From Gnetum montanum (lineage: Eukaryota > Plantae > Gnetophyta), in assembly GCA_015680685.1 (NCBI GenBank), contig MNCI01000520.1, positions 960,176 through 1,024,175 on the forward strand: 64,000 nt of DNA, in the 5' to 3' direction. Position 1 is the first letter of the stretch. The number at the start of each line of letters is the position of its first letter. Below the pieces are notes generated by a model, which was not told where the DNA came from, made no database searches, and saw nothing but the letters and a program-made list of their open reading frames with translations. The translations under genes and the position numbers were made by a program. Positions 1 to 13,102 of the stretch are shown in pieces.

Positions 1-2
1 AA

Positions 3-1379
3 CTATTGGGAATTGGGCAACTGCTTCCAAATTTCTTTGACCTTTCATACAATATTACTGCAACCCAATCAGAGCTACTAGAGGCAAGGGGCAAGAATAT
101 CATCTTGGAGGGGCAACTCAAAATAGCTAGGGAACTAAACAAATGTTTGGCTACTAAAGTTTCCAAATTAAGAGCCTAAATTTCCAATCCCATATTTCTC
201 AACCTAGCATGGAAAAGAGATGAAGCAATGGAATAGATTCACACTAAACTAAAAAGGGTTAAGCATGCAATGGAGATGGTGGTGTTCTAACAATCCCTAG
301 TAGAGGCCACATAACACAAGATTTAGAAGGGCTTGGATCAAACCTACTAGGAGAATGTACAATTAACAATAGAGAATCATTACCTATGGAATGCTAATGA
401 GCACAAGCAACAATTAATTGATTTCATCCATATAAAATAGGAGAAATTGGCTAGAGCAAACATTGAACTAAGGAGATTGGTGGCAAAAAATAGAAATCTC
501 TCCATAGAGGAGGTCTACACCCTTTGCCAAAAAACTATAATCAAGGTAGTTGCCTAGAAATTGAAGGCTCTCAAATTTGAGAGAGTCAAGGATCATTACA
601 GAGAATAGGTCAATCTACAAAAGAAAGTAAATCAAAAACAAATCTAGTTGGCAAAGTTGAAAGTGAATAAAATCCTATAAAAAATCTAGCAAGAATAAGA
701 AGTGTGGCAACCCATCATTGATGGGATAGACACCTACAAAAAAGTGAAAATCCTCATAAAGGAGTTGCAAATTGAGGAGATGATGGAATACATGGAGCTT
801 GCCAATCTTCATTATGCTAATCTAACCATGTTAACTACTAGAAAGCCATGGTCAGAACTTGAAAAATAGGTGGCTAGCTTGTACTTATTATACAAGGCTG
901 AGTTCAAGCATCACAAAGACACCAAGGAAATTCTTGCAATGGCAAACAATTAACTCAAAGTTCTTAAGAAACAATTCACTAATCAATGATCAACTACTGA
1001 GAACTTGGCCAAGAGGATGAATAATTACCAGGAGCTACAGAACATAGTCAGAGCATCTAATACTGAACATAAATAGTTTGTGGCCTACTTTGTTAACATG
1101 AAGGAGATGTTTCCAGTAATGCCCTTTATGTGGGATATCCCCATTTCATCCCATATTGATGATGTTGTGTGGACTATGAATGATCCCTAGAGTAAGGAGG
1201 AGAAGATGAAGGCACTACAAGATGCCTTTAGCCTTCCACCAAAGGTTGCAGCTGCAATAGGATAGCCACAATCACCTTAGCTACCACACATGCTTGAAGC
1301 TGGTGAAGATTCTTTAGAACATCAAGAGCCACCACCACCTAGGACTATTTGATCTTCTCCACCATCTTCATGGTGCTAG
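3..1379 (+). pseudogene. Decayed extra ORF (>450 codons, Q/E/K-rich, coiled-coil-like) just upstream of the 3' LTR
   Basis: Frame 3 reads as protein throughout with no frameshift (LLEARGKNIILEGQLKIARELNK...EKLARANIELRRLVAKNRNLSIEE...EEKMKALQDAFSLPPKV). About 20 in-frame TAG/TAA/TGA stops are all compatible with single transitions from CAG/CAA/CGA/TGG. Confidence 0.7.
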
Positions 1380-1580
1380 AGGATGTGTTGTCCAATTTTT
1401 GTGTAGTCACGTCATGGTGTTCAATTTTGTGTCATGAACATAAAATTTTTTTGTAATGTGTTGATTTGTACACTCGGGCACTCAGTTTTGTTATGTCAAT
1501 TTGTTTTGTCAAGAGTCAATCAATAATCCCATACTTTTCAAATTTTGTAAGGAAACTCGAGGATGAGTTTTCATTCATTC

Positions 1581-1589
1581 ATGGGGGTA
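1581..1589 (+). promoter_or_regulatory. Degenerate polypurine tract
   Basis: ATGGGGGTA lies immediately before the LTR start TG and follows CTCGAGGATGAGTTTTC, a typical gypsy 3' context. Confidence 0.5.
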
Positions 1590-2536
1590 TGATGAGCATC
1601 AAAGTGTCATGTTGATGAGTATTTGTGAATGTGGCCTTGTTGATCAGGTCCTATTTATGTGGTGTTACCTCATGGATGGGGCCATGTTGTTGTAGCATTT
1701 GCTACGTCAACGGGGCCCCATCGATGTAGTCCTATATAGAAAAACTATAAATACTAGCTTCCAACCATGTTTATGAAGGATAGAAGTCATAGTAGTAGCA
1801 AAGCTCTTACAATTTATCCATTTGAAAGTTAGAATATTTCTCTAACTGTTCATAGTAGGATTTTGAAAGTGTACGGATCTTTATTTGAGCACTGTTATAC
1901 CTGAACCACACCAATGTGTATGGCAATAAAGACAAGCCTTTTGACCAAACCTTGCAGCACTTAGAATAGATTAATGATTTATCTAAGCATTTATTATTTT
2001 CATTAATTATGTTGTTCATTAAGCTAAATTATACTTTGAGAAATTAGTTAATTAATTAAGCTAAATAGATTAAACACATAAGTATGTCCACTTAAAGCAT
2101 AAACACATATTCGCTTGGTAATCCTAGCAATGTTATTGTTTGGTACACCTAGTAGTGTAGCACTTGGTAACCCAGCAATGGATATGTGGGTTCAAGACAT
2201 GTATGGAAAGTGGGACCAGATGCTTATGTTAGGACTAGTTAGAGATTAGTTAGTTAATTAAACTAAATTAGTTGTTAAATTACTTCATCTCTCTAATTTA
2301 AGCACCAAAGAACATAAAACACAAAATAATAAAAATCATATGCCTCAATTATAGTTAACCATACCATGTGCATCACAAGTGTAATTGGGAAGATAATGAA
2401 AAACCATTAGGGCAAGGTTCACTTCCTAGAAGACTAATGTACCAAAAACTATAAATTCCATAAAATTCAATTGAATCACACATGAACACTTTGTGATTTA
2501 TATGGTTGGGTGTAGGGGTACCTTGACCACTCATCA
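1590..2536 (+). repeat. 3' LTR (947 bp) of the Athila-like element
   Basis: Terminal inverted repeat TGATGAG/CTCATCA, TATAAATA at 1746, and colinear blocks shared with 63079-63871 (GCAATAAAGAC, AAAAATCATA, TGTAGGGGTACCTTG). Confidence 0.85.
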
Positions 2537-5500
2537 CTACATAATGTTATGAATTTGCTACTTCCATAACTACATATTATGATTAACCTTCAAAAGATAA
2601 CTTGATGTTATTCAAATATTAGTATTAGAACTAGTAAGAGCATGCACACTTTTGGACTAATATGGAAAAACATTATGGTTATTAATCCAAGAAAAATCAA
2701 AAAAATTATTATGAGGATCTTGAACAGATATACTTCTATCCAAACTATCCAAGAGATCATAAAATGTAGATTATTTAGAAACATTAATGTCATAGATACT
2801 TTAACATTTAAATTATCCAATGATTACGCATGCAAAGAGTTGAAAGGAAGGAAATGTTAAGCTTACATTATGTATTTCAAAGACATGGATCCTTAATAGG
2901 CCATGGTTCATTATTAATGGAAAGCAACCAAGGGAAAATCTTATCAAGCATAGAGGTAGAAATAGTAATATTTTTGAAGTTTTAAAAATCACAGATAAAA
3001 ATTCAAGCCTTCCAAATATGCTTTATGAAAATAAAGCCTTATATAGAAATACCTTTTGGGAAAAAGTCCAATTAAAATAATGAGTATCTTTCTAGTAATC
3101 TCTACTTCTAGGCTTACCCATTTAAATGTGCTTATGAAAAAGAAGCTTCCAAGGCTCTCTACCAAAGTAGCATTTAGCCATCCACTTGAGATGTAAAAAA
3201 CTATCCTAATTATAATAATTTACCAATTCTAATCCACCATCCTTTTTGTGAGAAGTGAAAATGTCCCATGTAACATGACAAAATTCTTTTCTAGAATGAC
3301 TACTTCTTTAAAGAAAATTTCACATTAGCTAATTAATGCAATAATATGTAGAAATACCAAGAGTCCAAGATGAAGAATGATATAGATGAGGAGCTTGAAT
3401 GAGATGCTTACAACTAATAAACCTACTAGCTAGTTAAAGCTTTTTCTACTTCTACTTAATAAGTTTTTGTTCAATTTTCTTCATTGTAACATCTCATAAA
3501 GTTTTTGAAGATCTAGAGAAGAAAAAAGGAATACCTAATAATTTGAAAAAATCTAACCTTTCTAGAAAATGCCAAGATTTAAGCAAAGCCCACTCTTGAA
3601 CCTCCTTATTACAAAACATAGAAGATTTGAACCAATTAATCTAAGATCTTGAAATTTTTAATATTGATCAACATGATAAAATAGATGACTTACAATAGCT
3701 TGGTCACTTTTTATCATAAAAAGGAGTCATATGCAAATTTCATATTTAATTAAGTAGGAACATTATTTTGAATAAATATGCATGATAGCAAATTATGTTC
3801 TTGTTCTTTTTATATAGCATGACATAAAAAATCTGTAGTAAGGATGAAGAGATAAGGAGAAAGAAGGAAACCTTGCCTAACTAAGTGTTCAATCTTAAAA
3901 CTATTAGTAATGTCAACATTTATACTGACAAGTACATTAGCATATACAAAAAATGTCTCTAGCATCCCATTAAATTTTTCTTTAAAATCATATTTGCAAA
4001 GACAAGAAATAATAAATTGCCATTTAATTTTATCATATGCTTTAGCATAATTAAGCTTCAAAAAAGTGATGTCTTAACTAGAATTCTCAACCCACTACAT
4101 ACCCTTCCAAGTTGCAAAAACATTGTTTAGAGTATATCTACCTTTGATAAAGCTAGTTTGCACTAGAGTAATTAATTAAATAATAATTTTTTTAATCTTT
4201 TAGCAAGACATTTAGCCAAAATTATAAACAAAATTTAAAAGAGTAATAGGGTTTAATTACCAATTTGGGAAAGATAAACTTCCATAAGAATAAGTTTTAT
4301 GACTCCTCTATTTAGCTCTTAATTAAGAGAACATTGTTCAATGGCTTCTAAAAAAAACACAATAAAGTATATACAAACAACACCCTAATGATTTTTAAAA
4401 AATTTAATAAAAATTCCATTAAAACCTAGATCTTTATCATTAGTGAAGCTAAACACTACATCTTTAATATTAGCAAGAGAGATATCATGTTCAAGAAGAT
4501 GATTGTAACTAATATGAACAATATTAGGTAAATAATCACAATTAGAGAGAAAATCCTCATGACAAAAATTATTTGAAAAAAATATATGTTTAAAATGTCT
4601 TTCAAAAAAACCATTGATAATAAGAGGATTAGAACTAATTTGATCATTAACTTGCATGAAGCTAATAATAGGAAAATTATCTTTACCTTTTAAGAATTTT
4701 AAAAATTCCATGCATGGTTCTCCCTCTAGCTTTAACCAATTAAGACAACTCTTGATGAAAGCACTCTTAGCATTATGCATATCCCATTTTTGTTTGACTA
4801 AGTGAACATAAGCAAGTCATTGTTGAAGAATAATATTAAAGGGATATTTTTGTATTATAATTTTGATTTGTTGAATTTCATCATAGAAGTTTTTTCAATC
4901 TCCCTTTATCTCTTAGCATATTACTCAATTGACCAATGGGAAAAATTACAAACATGATATATAGCACACAACGACTAATCAATCTAACCTAATTTACCAT
5001 GGGGTTTTATTTCTATATTCCATATAGATTTCAAATACATTTTTTAGAAGAAGTAAGAAATAAAGATACATTCATATGGAAAAGCTTAGAGCATTGAACT
5101 TGAGATTTAATACCTAATTCCAAATTAAGAGAAATTTAAAAAATGGACTAAAAAAGTTGCATCTTTATGAATTGTAACACTTTCATCACAAAACCAAGAA
5201 GAATAACTAGAAAAATAAAATCAATCAAGTTTTTCAAAAATTTGATTATTACCTTCATGGAGGTAAGAGCAAGCAAACCAATCATCATGACAAACATTTG
5301 ATCTAGCAGTATCAAATAAACAAAATTGTTTCTTAACATTACATCAAATAGAAAACTCATTCTCTACAAGATGAGAAGAAGCTCTACCAATTTTATCATA
5401 AGAACTTTAAATCACCACAAAAAATCCAAGGAATATTAATTAAACTTTGAAGAAGAAACTTCCATAGGGAAATTCTATCTACAGAAGTATTAGAAGCATA

Positions 5501-5830
5501 AATATTACAAATAACAAAAAGAACTACAACACCTTAAAGAATTAACTAAACTATAGAATTATCTCTATCATGAAAGAAAATTTTTTACACTAAAAATGAT
5601 TAATAATGAGAGCTACATCTTCTTGACCAATATTATGATTAGTAAATAATACTATAGAATCATGAAGAATACTGTTACTAGATAGGATTATATTTGGGTT
5701 TGAAAATTTAATGTCTTGGAGAAGAATAAAATCATGAACTAAATGTTTTATATGTAGAAAAGCATTGACAACTTTTATTTGAAGTTTATTAGTAAGACCT
5801 TTAAAATTCCATGAAAGGATTAATGTTGGG
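2537..5830 (-). pseudogene. LINE ORF2 (AP endonuclease and reverse transcriptase), heavily decayed
   Basis: ORF fragments 3810-4061 and 4385-4780 (WLKLEGE; NDKDLGFNG as a KSPGPDG remnant), plus FAYDS at the YADD position near 3735. Confidence 0.8.
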
Positions 5831-7800
5831 TGGAGGGGGAGGAGGCCCTACCCTATTAGTAGAAACAACATTACCAAAAGAAATTCTCCATATCTCAACC
5901 AATAACTATAAACAAATTATTAGTAATTAAAATATCTTGAACATACTAATCATTTTGAAGATTTAGCATATATTTACTAATCAAAAGTCTTTATCAATGT
6001 TTTTTATTATGAAGAATCATTTGAAAACCATATGAACCAATAATATATTTTTATGAGACCTTAGGAACATATATGTTTTCCTACTTAATCATTAAAGAAT
6101 TTCTTAAAATTGATTTCATCAAAACCTTTCTTGAAGATACATTTTTTTGAACAACAGTAAAAGAAAGGTATAAGTTAACTATTGAAATTTCATTAGAAGA
6201 AATCATTATAGGATTTGCAACATCTATATGAAAAACCTTAGTAGGATCTATAACATTTGTAGAAGAAACCTTAGTAACATTTGCAATAGCTTGTTATTGA
6301 CATGCTTACATTGCACTTTTTCACAGCATTAAAGCACATGAATTAAACATATTATGATCTTAATGATAATAGTGACATGACTTTGGAAGATTGTAATAAA
6401 CAAAATTTTGCACATAATCAATTTCACTAGCACATCAAAGAATTTCTCACTTAAGTAAATCAAGATCCACTTCAATCATATATTGGATTTTATGAAAACC
6501 ACTAGGTGTAGCTAGGATGTCAAAATACTTGATTGGTCCAATTTAATAGATAATTTTTATATCAATTTTTTCAAAAATTAATGGAAGGTTTAGCAATTCA
6601 ACAAAATATGAAATCTTTTAAAACTTAGGATATGTTAGATTAAAAGAGAGATTCGACTTTTGAATAATTAATAAAGTATGATGATTATTGAAAACACTAA
6701 TATCAAGGGTCTTAGAAATCATCATTGAATCAACAAATTCTACCAACAAAAATAAGTTTGATAAATAATGATCAAGGACAACATCTAAATCTTGATCTTT
6801 CTAAACTAAATGGAAATGACTCAAAAAAAACTTGAGAAATGAGGTAAATAACCCAAATTTTGCACAAAAACATGCTATCTAGAAATTTTTTGAGCAATAG
6901 ATTCATATAAATCATTAGGTAATTCATAGAATGATAAAGAAGTGGTAGTTCTTCTTGAAGGATCACTTCTTAAATCTAGGAGAATTACACATAATATCAA
7001 TAGAATGAAAAAAGCCTGAAAAAATTTCAAATACTTGGCTTGCAAAATCCAAAGTTTTAAAGTTCAACCTTGAATTATTTTTTCATAATTTCTGTAACTT
7101 CGAAATCTGGAGTTTCCAAGTTTAGCCTTGAAATCTCTTCTAAACTTTCTAGTTTTAGGGATGTTTACTCATATGAATAATCTTATAATTAATTTTTTTG
7201 AAAAATCAAAAAAGAAAAATTAATTATTAGTGGGAAGAATATACTCCACCTTAGCAATATTTACATCACTTTCAATATTCATACTTCAACTTATAATAAC
7301 AAAAGAATTCTAAGTAAATATAAAAAGCTATAGTGAAATAATAATATAATTTGCATTCTCAACACTTTGTTGCTTCAAGTAAATTATACATCAAGAATCT
7401 TTACTATTAAAATAAAATTTCTTGTAAAAATTATTTTTTATCTTTGAGTTAACATTAGGTTTATCAAATAAGGATATATTTATCTTATGAACTATCTATT
7501 TGGATTAATTAATACTTCCTATAGTATAAGTAAAAATATTTTTAGAAGTTTCTATCTTCTTTGATTTCTTTATTGACATTTGAATATTCTTATCATTGAT
7601 ATCAACTTGATTTATCATATCTTCAACTTCAAATTATTTTTTTCTATCTTCAACTTCAACGTGTTTATTTTTTTCTGAGCATATTTTTCATGAATTAAAA
7701 ATAATAAATATTAAAAAAAACATCTTTCATGATAATAAAAATGACAAGAATTAAGAAGATTATAATATGTAATTATTTGAATGTTAGTATTTGCACTTTC
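2537..7800 (-). mobile_element. Old AT-rich L1-clade LINE; 3' end interrupted by the Athila-like element, 5' boundary approximate
   Basis: Endonuclease start LILSWNFKGL near 5825, RT motifs KLNYAKAYDKIKW and VRQGFLLSPYLFIL, and an ORF1 zinc-knuckle remnant NLPKSCHYYH*DHNMFNSC near 6335-6395. Confidence 0.8.
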
Positions 7801-8379
7801 TTATAGTACCAATTCCTTCTTATGATTAAAAGGATTAATTTCAAAAACAAATTGTGAGAACCAAATGGTAAGTAAATAGATTTTATATGCTTAACGGGAC
7901 CAAGAAGACTAACTTATTGTTCATCCCTCCAAAAATCAAGATAAGATTAAATAGTTAAAAAATATATAAAAATTTTAAATATTCTTCAAATTGGATATCA
8001 AAATTTGAAGTCCACTAACAAATAATCAATGCTACATGCTTATATATAAATGATCCTATATCTAAGGTACCTGCACCATCAAAGCATCACCTAGCTTAAT
8101 AAGTAGAAAAACATGAGAATTGTACCTTGCATGAATGGGGGTGTTTCAAATCCCAAAAAGTAAATATATTAAATAATTATATTCAGAGTACAAAAGTAGA
8201 GAAGTAGAGGAGAAACTCCAAAACAATAAAAGGGAAAGACCCAATAGCTTTGGTGATGCCATTTTAGGTTTTCATCCTTACAATTAATCTTGAAAAACCT
8301 TCCCTTTCAAGTAGAAAAAGGATTAGACCTTGCCCTTGTGCAAAAGCACCCAAATTGGTTTCCACTTCTACTAAAGGCT

Positions 8380-10152
8380 ATTGTTAATATAAAAAGGAAA
8401 CTATAGAGAGAAACATTAAGGAATTTAAATAATTCATCATCTATTGAATGATGTCACCTTGAATTGACAAAGGAAGAAAATTAGTTGGAGAATCTCTATA
8501 AAAAACCACATTACATTGAAACTTCTAGATTACATAAAGAATAAAAGAATAAGAGAAATACCAATGAACTAGAAATCTTTGAAGTTGAGAAGTATCACCA
8601 AATAAACCTTTGTTTACTTCTAGTTGAAAACTATGTAAATACCTTCTATACTAAGTCCAAGAGCTACAAGGGGACAAGTACAAAAATAGTGGATGAATGT
8701 ATCTTCCATGTTGTAGATAGAACATCTTAGGTCATGAACATCCAAATTAGAGCATCAAATACCAATAGGTAAATCTTGATGAATCAAGTATTAAAAAAAT
8801 GTCTAATTTTTTAAGAAGTGGTGGCATTTCATATCTTCTAAATTCACTACTTCCATAACAACACATTGTAATTGACCTTTCAAAAATAATTAAATCTTGG
8901 CCAAATATTAGTATTAGGACTAATAAGAGCATACACAATCTTAGGTTGATATGAAAAAACTTGATGGCCATTAATCCAAGAAAAATCAAGAAAGCCATTA
9001 TGAGAATCTTGAATAGCTACACTTTTGTCCAAACTATCCAATATATTAAAAAATGTAGATATTTTAGAAACATTAATGTCATAGAGACTTTGATACTTAG
9101 ATCAAGTAATCTAAAGATTATGCATGCAAAGAGATGAAAGGGAGGAAATGAAAAGCTTGCACCATGTACTACAAAGACATGGACACTTAATAGTCCATGG
9201 TTCATTATTAATTGGAAGTCACCAAGAAGAAAGCTTATTAAGCATAGAAGTAGCAATAGAAATATCATTGAAGTTTTAAAAATAATTGATAAAACTCTAA
9301 GCCTTTCAAATATGCTTTATGGTAATAGAATATGATATAGTAATGCCTTTTGGAAAAGGATCCAATTAAAAGAATAAATATCTTTTCAATAACCACAAAC
9401 ACTAGGCTTACCTATCTAAATATACTTCTAAAAAAGAAGCTTTCAAGGCTTTATACTAGATAAGCATTTAACCACTCACTTGGTATATAAAACAATATCC
9501 TACTTATAATAATTTATTAATCCTAATCCACCATCCTCTTTGTGAAAAGTGCAAATGTCCCACACAACATGAAAATATCCTTTTCTAGAATGGCTGCTAC
9601 TCCAAAGAAAATTCTCATAAGTTGGTTAATGCAACAATATGAATAAATAATATGAGTCCAACCTGAAGAATCATGCACATGAGTAGCTTGAATGATATAC
9701 TTACAAACAATAAAATTACCAGCCATTGAAAGCTTCTTCTCCTTCCACTTAATAAGTTTTTATTTAACTTTTTTTATTATAACATCTTGTAAAGTTATTA
9801 AATATCAACAAAAGAAAAAGGAAATGCCTAATATTTTTAAAAAAATTTACTTTAAGAAATGCCAATATTTAGAAAAAGCTCATTCTTGAACCCTCATATT
9901 TCAAAAGATAGAAGATTTAGACAAATCAATCTAAGAGATTGAAAGTCTACAATATTGATCAACATGATAAAAAAGATGATATACAATAGCTTTGTTATTT
10001 TTTGTCATAAATAAGAAGTCATCTACAAAATGAATATTTATTAAAGTAGGAACATTATTTTCAATAAAGATGCCTTGTAGCAAAGTATGTTCTTGGTCTT
10101 TCTATATAACATGACATAAAAAAATCTATGGCAAGGATGAAGATATAAGGAA
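8380..10152 (-). mobile_element. 5'-truncated second copy of the same AT-rich LINE family (RT C-terminal half and zf-RVT)
   Basis: 8840-10150 is colinear with 2545-3860. FVDD occurs near 10020-10030 and CSIYNMEDTFIHYFCTCP near 8670-8725. Confidence 0.75.
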
Positions 10153-10439
10153 CTATAAAGTTATAATTGTACTATTTATCTTGTGATGTAACTATATTAT
10201 AATTATTTTAGGGTTCCAACACCCCTAGATTATCTAATCCATCGATTTATTTAAATTGTTGATTATGTTGGATTTTTATGGACCATTGGTCACATTGAAT
10301 TATCTCATCTATTAATTTTAATTTTATTTATTTAAACCATTAATAAAAAATCATAAATCCTAATTGTGACATATAAAATAAAACCTCCTATTTCTCATTG
10401 TGTATTGGTTAATTTTTTATATTAAAAAATAGTGATATT

Positions 10440-10970
10440 ACTATTTTATGACATCAAGATAGAATCAAGTGGAGATTTCAAAGATAGGATCTTCCTATTT
10501 ACAAGCATGTTGAAGATGTTCTTTCTAACTCTAGGCTATTCAAATGCATATTGATACTCTTTGACATGAACAATGGTTTTGGCCTCATGAATGTCCTTTG
10601 TATTCTCTTTGAGTTTCTAAAGATAAATATTTTTCACTTAAATAATTTTCATTACTCCACTTTAGACATAAGGTGGAATATGCAGTGGGAGAATTATCAT
10701 TGGAAAGTTATTTTTCATATAGTTTGGAGCTCAACGGCCTAACCAAACCATCAATTTATTTGTTGGTCCTTGATTCATCATGGTCTTCCCATAGGACACA
10801 AGTTTCACCTCTTATTAGTTAAGTGTTCTAGATGTGCTAATTTTTCAAAAAAAGGATTCATTCACTCATTTTCTAGGAGTATCCACTTTTTTAGAAAATG
10901 TGGCACTAGTACCATTCCCTTTAAAGTTTTTAGTAGAATTGGTGTGTTACATTTCTTTATTGCATTTTAA
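10440..10970 (+). pseudogene. LINE ORF2 3'-end fragment (zf-RVT region)
   Basis: WKVIFHIVWSS...FICWSLIHHGLPIG...KCSRC. Confidence 0.55.
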
Positions 10971-10999
10971 AAGATGAATATATTATTTATCACTTTAGA

Positions 11000-11205
11000 A
11001 TATTTGGAAGTTCTTAATTCTTAAAATTATTTTCTTCATATGAAAATGCAAATTAAATGCATGGTACTAAAACATGAGATATAGTGCTTTTAGGTAGTTT
11101 TAGAAGGTTTGGAAGATCTTGCTTCTTAAAATTATATTCTTCATATGGAAATGCAATTAAATCCATGGTACTAAAACATGAGATACAGTACTTTTAGGAA
11201 GTTAA
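11000..11205. repeat. Two-copy tandem duplication, unit about 105 bp
   Basis: TTCTTAAAATTAT...CATGGTACTAAAACATGAGATA...CTTTTAGG occurs at about 11017 and again at about 11123. Confidence 0.8.
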
Positions 11206-11401
11206 AACCTTAAAATAATTATAATATAGGTACACCTAAAGATATATAGTTCAATTAGAATCTTATAACTCAACATTGTCTACCTTCAAACCTATGACTT
11301 GGAGCTTTCAAATTAAGAGTCTTTCCACAAGGCTAATACTTAATTATTAGATACACTAATTTTTATTATGGTATGAAGTACTCTATCACTAGTTCAGTCA
11401 A

Positions 11402-13102
11402 TGTAGCGACCGAAAACGTTGGAGGCTGGAAAACACTAGGGGGTCCATGGGCATGATAGTTTCAACCCCGTACCTGCAAGAGGGCCGTGCTGGGTGTGTG
11501 CAGACACTGGGCGCCCTAAACGGTCTGGTTGATTAGACAGGGACTTAGATCAACATCTATATAGCCTTTTGCAATATATATTTTTGAGATGGAATGGAAA
11601 TGAAAAATAATGCTTGAAAGTAAATAAAGTAGAAAAATGTGACAACAATGTGAAGTAATTCTTGAAAGTGAATAAAACAAAAAAAATAATGCAAACGATA
11701 GAACAAGCAAGAAACAAAGTAAAGTGTAGTTAGAAACATGCACCACTCTGAAGCTACAAGTTTTCTCTGTCAAGGTGGATACAATCGGTTGCATAGCGTG
11801 ACGGAGTGCAGAGATCTCGAGAGTAACCAGGACATGTCGAGCAAAGCAGGTGGTGTGCTTTGGCGTGAACTTAGATGTTGACAGTGTAGGGATTCTACTA
11901 GGATGGTAGAAAAGGGGGGATAGAACAAAATGCCAGCTAAAAGTGCTAACTATTTGCAGTGTCAAATAGGAAGCTTACAACGCTTGATGTTAAAATTTGT
12001 TACAGAGCCAGCTCAAATCTCTCAATGCTGTCTTTAGAAAACCTTTCGAAATTTTTGAATGTTGCTTGCTCAAAAAGATTTTGGGCTTCTTTTTAAAAAT
12101 ATTTTCCCAGGGGGTTTTTAAATGCTACTTGCCAGGGTATTTATAGGACTGAGGGTGTGCAAAAGAGGCAGTTTGGATGCCACGAGCCTCAGGCCTTTAT
12201 TGACTTGCTGGTGCCACTCGTGCCATGTATGACCATTGGACCTACAAGATCGTTGTAATGAGAACCTGTCATGCAATAACTGCGAGCCTGCCATGCCATA
12301 ATTGCACCATCAATGTCTGGAGACATGTGCCAATGTTCTAATTAGGTGAAGTGCATTAATGTTGCACAACCACATGCATGCCTCACTATGCTTTGTAGCT
12401 AGCATGCTTGGTGTAGCGTAGCATCTTGTCACGTGTTCTGCTATATGTTGCATGCTTGCTACGCTACGTAGCATAGCGTAGCAACTGGCCTTAGTCACGA
12501 AATTTTTTTCAATTTGTAAACTTTGTCTCCTGTGATGCAAGTCTTGCGAACTTCACTGATTCTGCCCTTCGAGCTACTTTCTATCTCTACTGCAGGATTG
12601 CTACGCCTCGTTGCACCATGTAGCTCAGTGTAGCGTAGCACCAGACATGGTCCACCGCTTTCTGACAGAAAGGGACATCATTGCAGAACTTGAAATTGGG
12701 TGAGGGGAATGGCAGTGAAGTTGTTGCCATGCTATGCTACATGGCATAGCATAGCATAGCACTTCATTCTACCATCATCTTTTGAAGCTTGCTACGCTAC
12801 ATAGCAAGGCGTAGCGTAGCGTAGCAGACTTCATGACTTAGAAAACTTGCCGAACTATTTTTTGTGCATCCCAAATGCTACTACCAACTCCACACGTCAT
12901 TTCTAAGTAGGCGATTGGCTAGGCAGGCTACTTTGGTGGATAGGCAAGATGACGTAGAGCTTGTCCACACCTAAAGTAGAAAATCTGCCAAATTGGCCGG
13001 CCTGAGCTCAAAACGTTCTCTTCCTAAAGAACTATCATGGTGCTTCACGAGTTGCAGGGCCTGGTGAAGCGAGAATGACCTCACATTTTTTAGGGTGTTT
13101 CA
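11402..13102 (-). repeat. 3' LTR of element A (1701 bp)
   Basis: Minus strand reads TGAAACACCC...GTCGCTACA; direct repeat of 27751-29465; TATAAATACCC near 12135-12146. Confidence 0.95.

Larger units (their letters stand above)
1..2536 (+). mobile_element. 3' portion of an Athila-like Ty3/Gypsy LTR retrotransposon (extra ORF, PPT, 3' LTR), inserted into a LINE
   Basis: LTR 1590-2536 is bounded by TGATGAG...CTCATCA and is homologous to the LTR at 63079-63871, which is followed by an Athila-type tRNA-Asp PBS. A G-run precedes the LTR and LINE ORF2 sequence begins abruptly at 2537. Confidence 0.75.

Noticed and set aside
3-1379. Retroviral envelope gene
   Set aside because: No signal peptide, transmembrane segment or fusion motif is visible in the part within the window; recorded only as an extra ORF.
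8050-8270. Possible spliced exon with ATG and GT/AG sites on the minus strand upstream of the old LINE
   Set aside because: No recognisable protein, no second copy for comparison, and too degenerate to support.
11516-11965. Hydrophobic ORFs repeated at 27614-28057, 39981-40178 and 55864-56316
   Set aside because: They are translations of T-rich LTR sequence, and frames and lengths differ between the four LTRs.
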